Shown here: positions 43,307 through 52,279 of the stretch, one piece after another | Position numbering within the stretch: the stretch's first letter is position 1 | How the letters are laid out: the number at the start of each line of letters is the position of its first letter | Assembly (NCBI GenBank): GCA_030141605.1 | Contig: JAQGDQ010002406.1 | Coordinates: 13,385 to 77,384, forward strand | Reading direction: 5' to 3' | From: Tubiluchus corallicola | Taxonomy: Eukaryota; Animalia; Priapulida | Length of the DNA stretch: 64,000 nt | The notes under the pieces: generated by a model | The model's database searches: none | Told to the model about the DNA's origin: nothing | The model's input: only the letters and a program-made list of their open reading frames with translations | Made by a program: the position numbers and the translations under genes

Positions 43307-44611
43307 CTAGTCCACAAAGTTGAAAGCCAAATGTCCATCGACAAAAGGTATTGAGGCAGCTTCCTCCATCACGCTGATGTTAGGGTTATACTTCACTTCA
43401 TCATAACACGCTTCGGATATATATATGCTTCTCAGATAGGAAGTATTCCTTATGGCGACGATCTTTGCCTCACTAGGTTTTCTCACATTGAGGCTGAGAT
43501 ACAGCGCCATCTTCATGGCTTCAAGGTCGTTCGGAAGGATCATAGGTATCTTTGCGGCATTGTCCATCCTTGCGGAGACAGCATTGGTATATGTGCTGCT
43601 GAGGTTTATATTCTCCATGCAGTCCACCGTGGTTAAGTCTGCCATCCCTATGCCCACAGCATTTCCATAGCTCTTTCCCGCTATCCTCGACACCAAAATT
43701 TTATCTATGTTTGGAGTATTCTCAAATCCATTTAACAAGCCGGAGGATGGTCTACCGGTAACATTAGGATCCATACCTGCACCACTAATATTTTTCCCTA
43801 TCTCCCGAACTACCAAGAGATCGATATTCGGTATCAGCAACCTTGCCATATTCTCTTTTGCAATAGGCAGGATTTTTGCATCCGCTTCTATAATTTTATT
43901 TTTTGAAGCGAATATTATCTCAGAAGTGTCTTCATAAGCGTCCTGCATAATCGCGACGCCACAAATAATGTTTGTCTTTCCAAGAGAAATACCGGCAATC
44001 TCTTCTATTAGGTCAGAAAACCCCTCAAAACCGTATTCATGAGCAGCAGCAGCCCCTTTGTGCTTTCCCAGACCTATGGCAATCATCTTCACCAAACCGC
44101 TCTCGTGCTTGCCTTTGAAGTCCGTATGAGGTTTAATTTTATTTACGACAATGGTACCATCAGCTTCATATGCATCTTTACTAAAATACACGGGACAGCC
44201 ATTATTCGTGTCACCGAGATGCACGACATCCATGGAAGAGATTATCGGCACGTGCAACTTAAACTCCGTGACGTTGTAACTCCTCAAGACCTCTTTCTGC
44301 CCTTCTGCGCTGGCTCCGCCGTGACTACCCATTGAAGGCACGATAAACGGCTTAGCACCCCAGCTTTTGAGGACCTCAGTAATCGCTAAGATTATTTCAA
44401 CAATATCAGTTATCCCACGACTGCCAACGGCGATAGCTATCCTCTTACCTTTGTAGTCAATGGCACCGCTGTAAGGTTTCATGCGTTCAGTAATGTGGGA
44501 GTGGATATTCTCTATCTTTTTCCTGCTGTATTTCTGCTGCACCTTGAGCATTTTTGGCAAAGAAATCTCATCACTACCCTGAACTACAACCTCTATGTTA
44601 TTCAAAATCAT
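43307..44611 (-). CDS. lactate racemase N-terminal (DUF2088)-like protein
   Basis: AVGSRGI, PSMGSHGG, NKIKPHTDF, ESGLVKM..IGLGK, GKNISGAGMDPNV. Confidence 0.8.
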   Translation of the reverse strand: MILNNIEVVVQGSDEISLPKMLKVQQKYSRKKIENIHSHITERMKPYSGAIDYKGKRIAIAVGSRGITDIVEIILAITEVLKSWGAKPFIVPSMGSHGGASAEGQKEVLRSYNVTEFKLHVPIISSMDVVHLGDTNNGCPVYFSKDAYEADGTIVVNKIKPHTDFKGKHESGLVKMIAIGLGKHKGAAAAHEYGFEGFSDLIEEIAGISLGKTNIICGVAIMQDAYEDTSEIIFASKNKIIEADAKILPIAKENMARLLIPNIDLLVVREIGKNISGAGMDPNVTGRPSSGLLNGFENTPNIDKILVSRIAGKSYGNAVGIGMADLTTVDCMENINLSSTYTNAVSARMDNAAKIPMILPNDLEAMKMALYLSLNVRKPSEAKIVAIRNTSYLRSIYISEACYDEVKYNPNISVMEEAASIPFVDGHLAFNFVD

Positions 44612-44726
44612 AACTTACTCCCTAAATTTACTCACAAAAATAAACATCCCAAAACTAAACCAAACCAAGACCAAACCAAGCGTCAGTGTATCACATTTTA
44701 ATCCATGTATTCAATAAAAAAAATAC

Positions 44727-45194
44727 TTATAATCCGTCTCGTATTTTTCTAAAAAAGGACTTCATCATCTCTGATATTTCGTCTTCCAGTATTCCAAAAT
44801 CATATAAGAGAGTGTGGTTTAGCGTATCTATGTCGAATAGTTTTGCTTTTGAAACCACTCCTCCAAACTTAGGGTCGCTGGCTCCGAAAACAACCCTGTC
44901 AACTCTAGCGTGGAGGAGTGCCCCTGCGCACATAATACAAGGTTCCAGTGTAGAGTATACGGTGCAACCATTCAACCTCCAGTCGGAGATATGATGGAAA
45001 GCTTCCTTGAGAGCTATCATTTCAGCGTGCATTGTGGCATCTTTATAATGCTCTTTTTTATTAAATCCTCGGGCGATAATATCACCATCCTTCACAATCA
45101 CGCATCCAACTGGCACTTCAGACATGGCAAGCCCTGCCAGCGCCTCATCAATGGCTGCTCTCATGTAGTAAATATCTTCATCTGAATAGTTCAT
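44727..45194 (-). CDS. tadA: tRNA-specific adenosine deaminase
   Basis: EVPVG, HAEM, WRL, TLEPCIMCAGA, FFRKIR. Confidence 0.93.
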   Translation of the reverse strand: MNYSDEDIYYMRAAIDEALAGLAMSEVPVGCVIVKDGDIIARGFNKKEHYKDATMHAEMIALKEAFHHISDWRLNGCTVYSTLEPCIMCAGALLHARVDRVVFGASDPKFGGVVSKAKLFDIDTLNHTLLYDFGILEDEISEMMKSFFRKIRDGL

Positions 45195-45220
45195 ATCTCG
45201 CCCTATTTTCCGCAAAAAAC

Positions 45221-45249
45221 TTGAATAACAGTAACACTTACATTACAAT
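45221..45249 (+). promoter_or_regulatory. sigma70-like promoter for the TPR lipoprotein
   Basis: TTGAAT-N17-TACAAT; AGGAGG RBS before ATG 45282. Confidence 0.55.
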
Positions 45250-45281
45250 ATGTGCGGTATATTTTCAAGCAGGAGGAAGAT

Positions 45282-46043
45282 ATGAGACTTTTAGCTAACG
45301 TATGTTTGATATTGTCTGTGCTCGTTATAGCTTGCACAAAAACGGAACAGCAAAATACGAAGCAAAGCAGCGCTGAAAAGGAAATGACGATCAGTATTGC
45401 TGAGAAGATGATCTTTGACAGCTATAGGAAGGAGCCTATTGATGCCATAGCAAATCTTAACGTCTTGGAAAAGCTCGATAGACTTAACCCAAAGATATAT
45501 TTCTTGAGGGGAGCAGCATTTCAAGCTATCGGTCATTATGATACATCTATCAAAGATTTCACAGAAGCTATACATGTAAAAAATGACAGCATTGGAGCAT
45601 ATCTGGGCAGGGCGGTATCTTATCTTGAGCTCTCCATGTACGAAGAAGCGTTGTCTGATCTGAATAAGGCCTTATCTCTGGATAACGAAAGTATCGATGC
45701 GCATTTTGTAAAAGCAAAGTGCTTGTTTGCTATGGGAAGACACAGTGAAGCTGCAAACAGCTACAATGCGATAACACAGATGTATCCCCACTATCTCCCT
45801 GCTCACTTGAGCATTGCAAACCTGTACTACAACGTAGAGGATTACAGAAAAGCATCAAACAGCTATACAAAAGCCATAGAGATAGACGAAAACAATTCTC
45901 TTGCATACTATAGTAGGAGCAAAGCATATCTCAAACAGGATAGAGTGGCAGAAGCCTACGTTGACATAAAAAAAGCGATAGACATAGAGCCAAACAACGA
46001 ATACTACAACGCAATCGAAGCAGCAATACAAGAGCTCCTATAA
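45282..46043 (+). CDS. tetratricopeptide-repeat lipoprotein
   Basis: Lipobox VIAC; about six TPR units (AYLGRA...EEALSDLNKAL). Confidence 0.85.
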   Translation: MRLLANVCLILSVLVIACTKTEQQNTKQSSAEKEMTISIAEKMIFDSYRKEPIDAIANLNVLEKLDRLNPKIYFLRGAAFQAIGHYDTSIKDFTEAIHVKNDSIGAYLGRAVSYLELSMYEEALSDLNKALSLDNESIDAHFVKAKCLFAMGRHSEAANSYNAITQMYPHYLPAHLSIANLYYNVEDYRKASNSYTKAIEIDENNSLAYYSRSKAYLKQDRVAEAYVDIKKAIDIEPNNEYYNAIEAAIQELL

Positions 46044-46089
46044 AAGGCAAGCTCGGTCAACTGACCATTTACCACATATCTTCAAGATA

Positions 46090-46115
46090 AGGGGGTGTAA
46101 AAACCCCCTATTTTA
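46090..46115. terminator. terminator between the convergent TPR and pilin-lectin genes
   Basis: AGGGGGT-gtaaaa-ACCCCCT followed by attttat. Confidence 0.6.
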
Positions 46116-48240
46116 TAGCGTGTGGGTCTTCCACGTCCCAAGCATACGGTATGGTGCCATTCTTCCTAAATTGATACCTTACATCTTGAAATCCGATTAT
46201 CGAATATTTGAGATGCCTATCTGCGTTCAGTGCCCCTCTTCCGCCTCCGAAGGTAAATCCCACGTAAACATCGTCAAGATCCGCAGACAACGGGAAGCAT
46301 TTATGGGCATTAGGCTTGGGATTGAGGTACGTAGGACGAAAACCTAAGTGGGGATGATAGCTGTCCTTATTTGGGTGCCAATCGGATATATATACATAAC
46401 CGTGCTCCTTCGTGTATCGGTGCGTGATTACCTTTTCATTTCTATCCATTCCATAAATCTTGTAGGCCTCAGCAGGAGTTGCCATATCATCCTCCATGCT
46501 TTTGTCTATGTACATCTTTGCCAGGGCATAATCACCACCTTGGCCGCATTCATTGCAAATGTCGTCACATTCCGTCTCTATCTCTATCCTAACCCTATTC
46601 GATCTATTCAAAAAGCCGATATGCGACTTACCCGGCTCAGGCTTAGGTAAATTGAGGATATTATCCGCATTTATGAAGCACTCGTCAGTATCCATCAGGT
46701 TTTTACACCTATCATTCGGAACTGCCCCGACATTCACAATATCGTATCCATCATCTTTGGGGGCAATTTTCCTTGTAAAATTGTGGCGCACAACTCCATC
46801 ATTCATTATAGCTATATGATGTCCCCTTATGGGAGGAACGACAATTCTCGGGTCTCTCATGTTGGGATTTGGCATAGTGTCAAACTCAAATATTATGCTT
46901 GAACCTGCCATAAAGTTGCCCTTGAGTTTTCCAGGCTTCAGAGATCCGGCTCCCAATGCTGCGCCGCGATCGCCGCAGAAATAGTTGTTCGCCTCGATAA
47001 ACTTCTTCGAAGCGATCACTAAAGTCATGCCGGAATAGTTGTTTTTACTGAGGTTTGCGCCATCGGTCTCAGCTGTGAAGAAGAATGAGTTTCCTTTCAA
47101 TGTATGCGGCACCTTGTGCCAAACACATGTACTCAGGATGCGCTGGCGTCTTTTGACAAACTGCCCGACACTACTACCCAAAACATTTGTGCTATTTATA
47201 TATTCGTCATCCCTCAAGTCGAATACAATTCCCATATTTGCAGTTGTGCCAACACCACCAAGACCGCTCGGAATATCTCCAAACTCTTCGGATATAGCAT
47301 GAGGGACATTCCCCATTAAAAGATAGTCGTCGATTGTGTCATAATTGATGCTAAATAGGTTTAACTCTTCTTCGGAGGAAGCGTATTCAAGTTCCGAGTT
47401 TACAGTAATAACAAAATCTTTATCTGCAATATTTCCCACGGCATCCTTGGCATAGAGGGTTATAAGCTCTGATTTCATCCCCGTATTTATCAATCCTCGG
47501 ACGGCAGGAGTCGCCGTCACATCCCAGTTGGTATCTACAAAGCAGTCGTTTGCGATGGTGATATTTGTGCGTTCATTGTCAAACACTTCATATAGGTCTT
47601 CGTCGCTGACTTCAAGACACCAAGCATAATTGCCGTATATCCTAAAAAAGCCTATTCCACCTGAAGCAACGGGCACAAAATTGTAGTGCTGTCCATAGTA
47701 AGCCCTATCCATGCCGTCACTATCTATCAACAGACCACCGCTACTGCCGCCGTAAAGGGTACTGTCATAGCAACCGATATACTCCTTGATGTCCGGGATA
47801 GACTCTACATAGACGGAATGCGACTTTGAAAGCATCAATGTCTCGTCTACCACTACAACATCCTCAAGCGCGGCTCCAGATACCAGAGCATACGCTACAT
47901 TTGTATAGACATCACTCCCTCTCATGACGGTAAAGCCGGAGGACCAATATTTGCATACACTCTCACCAATGATTGCAAAATCGTTGGCAAGGACATACAA
48001 TACCTCTTCACCATTCACATCGAGATGTTTATTTGGCAGTGCATCCGGGAAAGACTCAAGTTGAACTACATATGATATGATTTCATCAGAAATATCTTCC
48101 AAAATATCAAAATTCTTTACCTCGCTGTGCAATTCCGCAATACTTCTAAACACAATCAGAGAAAGTGCAATAATCACACCCACAATGGTAAAAATTATGA
48201 TCGTTTCTGCCAGACTAAACCCTTTCTTACCCTTAAACAT
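46108..48240 (-). CDS. large type IV pilin-leader protein with Ig-like and L-type lectin-like domains (paralog 1)
   Basis: KKG|FSLAE + hydrophobic helix; ITLYAKDAVGNIADKDFVITV; IIFEFDT, HHIAI, DVYVGFTFGGG. Confidence 0.8.
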   Translation of the reverse strand: MFKGKKGFSLAETIIIFTIVGVIIALSLIVFRSIAELHSEVKNFDILEDISDEIISYVVQLESFPDALPNKHLDVNGEEVLYVLANDFAIIGESVCKYWSSGFTVMRGSDVYTNVAYALVSGAALEDVVVVDETLMLSKSHSVYVESIPDIKEYIGCYDSTLYGGSSGGLLIDSDGMDRAYYGQHYNFVPVASGGIGFFRIYGNYAWCLEVSDEDLYEVFDNERTNITIANDCFVDTNWDVTATPAVRGLINTGMKSELITLYAKDAVGNIADKDFVITVNSELEYASSEEELNLFSINYDTIDDYLLMGNVPHAISEEFGDIPSGLGGVGTTANMGIVFDLRDDEYINSTNVLGSSVGQFVKRRQRILSTCVWHKVPHTLKGNSFFFTAETDGANLSKNNYSGMTLVIASKKFIEANNYFCGDRGAALGAGSLKPGKLKGNFMAGSSIIFEFDTMPNPNMRDPRIVVPPIRGHHIAIMNDGVVRHNFTRKIAPKDDGYDIVNVGAVPNDRCKNLMDTDECFINADNILNLPKPEPGKSHIGFLNRSNRVRIEIETECDDICNECGQGGDYALAKMYIDKSMEDDMATPAEAYKIYGMDRNEKVITHRYTKEHGYVYISDWHPNKDSYHPHLGFRPTYLNPKPNAHKCFPLSADLDDVYVGFTFGGGRGALNADRHLKYSIIGFQDVRYQFRKNGTIPYAWDVEDPHAIK

Positions 48241-48377
48241 CTAAATTCCACCTCAAGCACGCAAAACATGCGAATTGTAGCATATCAGCCATAAATATCT
48301 TCACAAATCTGTCAAACATATCTATTATAGCACCATGTGGATGAAAATGGCTATACTCAAAAATTGAATGGTGAAAT

Positions 48378-49340
48378 ATGGTACTAATTACAGGAGGAGC
48401 AGGTTACATCGGCTCACACGTGAATAAACTACTAAACCAGCACAACCGTGAAACGGTCGTCCTTGACAACTTTTCCTCAGGTCAAAAACGGTTCGTAAAA
48501 TGGGGTCACCTTGTCCAAGGGTGCACCTCTGACAAAGCGCTTCTCACGGACATTATGAAGAGGTATAATGTTGACACAGTGATGCATTTTGCGGCTCTGA
48601 CGTCTGTGGGTGAATCTGTCATGCGCCCGGATATTTACTACGACAACAATGTTGTGAATACGTTAACTCTGCTTGAAGCCATGAGAGAAGCTTGCGTTAG
48701 CAAGCTTATATTTTCATCAACAGCGTCAGTGTATGGAGATGTAAGCTCAGAGCCTTTGGGTGAAGAGTTGCAAAAGAATACCCTGAGCCCCTACGCATCC
48801 TCAAAGCTTTTTATGGAGAAGGTCATAGAGGATTATCACAATGCTTACGGCATTAGATATATCATATTCAGATACTTTAATGCTGCAGGTGCAGATATTG
48901 ATCTTGAGATAGGTCCCATAAGTTCTCAACATTTGATACCGATAGTTCTGGACGCCGCTTCCGGCAAACGGGAATCCGTCAGCGTATTCGGCACAGACTA
49001 TCCTACAGCGGATGGCACGTGTATCAGGGATTATGTACATGTTTGCGATATAGCGGAGGCTCATCTTTTGGCATTACAAGCCTTGGATGCAGGGGATGCG
49101 AGCAACGATTTTAATATAGGCACAGGTCTTGGACACTCCGTCCTCGAGGTTATTGAATGCGCAAAGAGGATCACAAAGAAAGAGATCAAGGTAGAGTATG
49201 ACAAAAGACGGGAAGGAGATCCTGTAGCGATTACTGCCTCCCCTGCAAAGATCAAAAGGATGCTCGGATTTCAACCAAAGCTCGAGAGCTTGGACCACAT
49301 CGTCGAATCTGCTTGGAAATGGCATGTAACTCAGGACTAA
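48378..49340 (+). CDS. galE: UDP-glucose 4-epimerase
   Basis: TGGAGYIGSH, FSSTASVYG, PYASSK, RYFNAAGA, DGTCIRDYVHV. Confidence 0.96.
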   Translation: MVLITGGAGYIGSHVNKLLNQHNRETVVLDNFSSGQKRFVKWGHLVQGCTSDKALLTDIMKRYNVDTVMHFAALTSVGESVMRPDIYYDNNVVNTLTLLEAMREACVSKLIFSSTASVYGDVSSEPLGEELQKNTLSPYASSKLFMEKVIEDYHNAYGIRYIIFRYFNAAGADIDLEIGPISSQHLIPIVLDAASGKRESVSVFGTDYPTADGTCIRDYVHVCDIAEAHLLALQALDAGDASNDFNIGTGLGHSVLEVIECAKRITKKEIKVEYDKRREGDPVAITASPAKIKRMLGFQPKLESLDHIVESAWKWHVTQD

Positions 49341-49469
49341 TATAAAGAACTAACTGCCCTTCACGCGAAAAAAAGCACCTGATATGTGTAAACCACTTGG
49401 GAGTGTGTGTAAGTGCCCATTCCCAAGGGGTTGGCTGATACAAAGAAGAAAATGCCACAGCAATGCACA

Positions 49470-49893
49470 GCAACACCCAACCGACATACCCACTAGGGTT
49501 TAATTTCGGTCTCGGTTGAAAGCTTTACATCAGACATCAGCGCAGTAGCAACAACCTGCAACAACCAACCGACATACCCACTAGGGTTTAATTTCGGTCT
49601 CGGTTGAAAGCTTTACATCAGACATCGGCGCAGTAGCAACAACCTGCAACACCCAACCGACGCATCCACTAGAGTTCAGTTCCGGTCTCGGTTGAAAGCT
49701 TTACATCAGACATCAGCGCAGTAGCAACAACCTGCAACAACCAACCGACATACCCACTAGAGTTCAGTTCCGGTCTCGGTTGAAAGCTTTACATCAGACA
49801 TCGGCGCAGTAGCAACAACCTGCAACACCCAACCGACGCACCCACTAGGGTTTAATTTCGGTCTCGGTTGAAAGCTTTACATCAGACATCGGC
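49470..49893. repeat. 88-bp tandem repeat, ~4.8 copies; last copy is the 3' end and stop of the 769-aa pilin-lectin gene
   Basis: Units start at 49470, 49558, 49646, 49734 and 49822; unit gcaacacccaaccgacatacccactagggtttaatttcggtctcggttgaaagctttacatcagacatcagcgcagtagcaacaacct. Confidence 0.97.
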
Positions 49894-52154
49894 ATAGTTT
49901 GGAATATAAGCTCTCGAAAGCCCATCAAAGAGTATTGCAAGATACTGTTACGAGAACCTGAGTATTTACCACCGCCAAACGTTATAGCCACATAAACCTC
50001 ATCCAAGTCGACAGAAATCGGGAAACATCTATAAGCGCTCGGGTACTGTTTCTTGATATTATCGCTTGAAGCCGGCTCGTTAAACCTTGGGTAATACATT
50101 TTGTTCTCATCAAACAGAGAGTCGCCCGGCTTCCACTCCCTACTGACGTCAAAAAATCCGTTTGCAATTGCGTATTGAGATGTGAGATATCTATTGTTCT
50201 TGTCAACACCCAGCAACTTGTAGGCACTTTTCGGATCGGAAACCGACTCATTTTCCATCACCACCCTTTCCGTACCGAGATATATCTTTGCCAACGCATT
50301 GCCGCCAGAGCCACCGCAACTGCTGCAACTGTTGTTACAACCCGTCTCCACCTCCAGCCTTATGCGAGAATACATGTCGAGAAACCCATCACCACTAACC
50401 ACCAACCTTGAGAGATGGCTTCTTTCCCCCTGTTTACCTTCATCCTTGTGGATCGGACTATTTATGAAGCATTCGTCCGAATCAAGCTCATCCAAGCAGT
50501 AGCCGCTCCTGAGCGCATCTACTTCGGGAAAGTGATAGGGTTCATCCGCGATAGTTTTGGGTCTTACGCCTCCTATCGGATTATTTGGATTTTTATCGAT
50601 GACCGAATGTTCCACCCCGCCATCCAACATTATGGCTATATGGTGTCCTCCCTGGGCGTAGCCGCCCCCTGCACTGTAGGTGTCAGGGTCTTTGGCTGCG
50701 GCATCTACCATGGTGTCAAACTCAAAAATTATGCTGGGACCGGAAACATGATTCCCGATAACGTAGCCATTCCTTGCAAGGTCGGGGCCTACTCCCAGTC
50801 CTGAATATCCCTGCCCACAAAAATGTTTTTTATGTATCCAGTAATGGGAATCCACAAACCTTTTTGACACGAGAGATACAGTCATCCCGGAATAGTTGTT
50901 CAAGCTTATGTTAGTACCGTCAAGCTCTGCAGACAGGAAAAACTTATTGTTTAGCAACGTCATAGGTTTCGTATACCACACACAAGCGGGCTCGGCATAT
51001 TTAGACTGGCCATGGGCGTCGGAATAGGTCATGGGAACGTAATGTGCAATATTACTATTCACAGATGAGGACGTACCGTAGTCTACACTCATCAACAAGC
51101 CCGGCGTTTGAAACGGCAACTCTTCCGAACCGTTGCCGCTGCCCCCACCGCTGCCGCCGTGTGGGAAATCTACAAAATCATCACTCAAAATACTCTGATC
51201 ATCAGATATGACGTATTCAAAATCGTCTATGGTATCCGCACTAAAGTACACTACAGGATTTTCCTCAGCTCCAGTCAACGAACCCGCGTGAGAAAAACCG
51301 ATGTCATCCGGAGACAGACCCAAACTATAATTTTTCGTAGCCATGTAGCCATTCGCATCCATCACATAGAGGCTGACCGTTGCCATAACACTATTCCGAC
51401 CAACATCTATTAATCCCGATATGAATGGTTTTTCAGTGATGCTCCAAGATTGAACATCTGCATCTCTGCACGAAGGGAGGAACACAATATTAGAACTATT
51501 CAGCATATTTGCGACATCATCGTGAGAGATTTCAGCGCACCAGGCATATTTACGGGGAGTATTATCAAAAGGCGATCCACCGACCGCAATTGGAGAAAAA
51601 TAGTACCGCTCTCCATCGCGACCGAAGGGCATATTACCGGATCTGAGCAAAAGAGTACCGCTTTTACCGCCATAGCCCGCAAACGAGTCAAAGCAACCGG
51701 CATCTTTCTTAAGATCCGCAGTAGTAAAGTAGGTCAATTGTGCGCCATCTTCAACAAGCAATGTGTTGCTGGCAGTATCAAACGGAAGCTCATCCCCCAA
51801 GTAGATAACGTAGGCAACATCCGAGATAAGATTATTTTTCAGGAGGAGATTAAATCCCGTCCCGAAAGATCCGCATATATCGTGCCCTGCAATCTGGGAT
51901 GACACATAGTGGACCTTTTCCCCGTAGTTGCTCTCATACTCGCCGGGTAATCTGATGGGTAGGTTCTTAGTGTTGGCAACATACCTATTTATAGCTCCAG
52001 TAAGGGTTTGCATCCCCTTTTTGTTCTCCAACATCTTTTTCGACGAAGACAACGCCTGATAGCCGGAGATAGCCACCGTGAGTATGACGCAAAACACAAC
52101 CAGCACGACAGCGAGCTCAATAATCGTAAATCCTAACCATCTTTTCTGTTTCAT
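49845..52154 (-). CDS. large type IV pilin-leader protein with Ig-like and L-type lectin-like domains (paralog 2)
   Basis: WLG|FTIIEL + hydrophobic helix; VSLYVMDANG; IIFEFDT, HHIAI, EVYVAITFGGG; colinear with paralog 1. Confidence 0.8.
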   Translation of the reverse strand: MKQKRWLGFTIIELAVVLVVFCVILTVAISGYQALSSSKKMLENKKGMQTLTGAINRYVANTKNLPIRLPGEYESNYGEKVHYVSSQIAGHDICGSFGTGFNLLLKNNLISDVAYVIYLGDELPFDTASNTLLVEDGAQLTYFTTADLKKDAGCFDSFAGYGGKSGTLLLRSGNMPFGRDGERYYFSPIAVGGSPFDNTPRKYAWCAEISHDDVANMLNSSNIVFLPSCRDADVQSWSITEKPFISGLIDVGRNSVMATVSLYVMDANGYMATKNYSLGLSPDDIGFSHAGSLTGAEENPVVYFSADTIDDFEYVISDDQSILSDDFVDFPHGGSGGGSGNGSEELPFQTPGLLMSVDYGTSSSVNSNIAHYVPMTYSDAHGQSKYAEPACVWYTKPMTLLNNKFFLSAELDGTNISLNNYSGMTVSLVSKRFVDSHYWIHKKHFCGQGYSGLGVGPDLARNGYVIGNHVSGPSIIFEFDTMVDAAAKDPDTYSAGGGYAQGGHHIAIMLDGGVEHSVIDKNPNNPIGGVRPKTIADEPYHFPEVDALRSGYCLDELDSDECFINSPIHKDEGKQGERSHLSRLVVSGDGFLDMYSRIRLEVETGCNNSCSSCGGSGGNALAKIYLGTERVVMENESVSDPKSAYKLLGVDKNNRYLTSQYAIANGFFDVSREWKPGDSLFDENKMYYPRFNEPASSDNIKKQYPSAYRCFPISVDLDEVYVAITFGGGKYSGSRNSILQYSLMGFRELIFQTMPMSDVKLSTETEIKP

Positions 52155-52279
52155 AACGCGACCACCCCGAGCAAAAGCACTTCAAGTAACATTATATCAC
52201 CAAATGTGACAAAACCGATCATTAACACAGATTAGGAAAAGTTCTCATAACAAAAAAAGGCAAACCCATTATAAAGATA

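Noticed and set aside
44659-44680. CCAAACCAAG doublet
   Set aside because: Low-complexity A/C-rich sequence, too short to support a function
49470-49893. CRISPR array, or DGR template/variable repeat
   Set aside because: No unique spacers, the differences are not adenine-specific, and no reverse transcriptase is present
49470-49893. Classical shufflon
   Set aside because: The repeats are direct rather than inverted and no Rci-like recombinase is nearby
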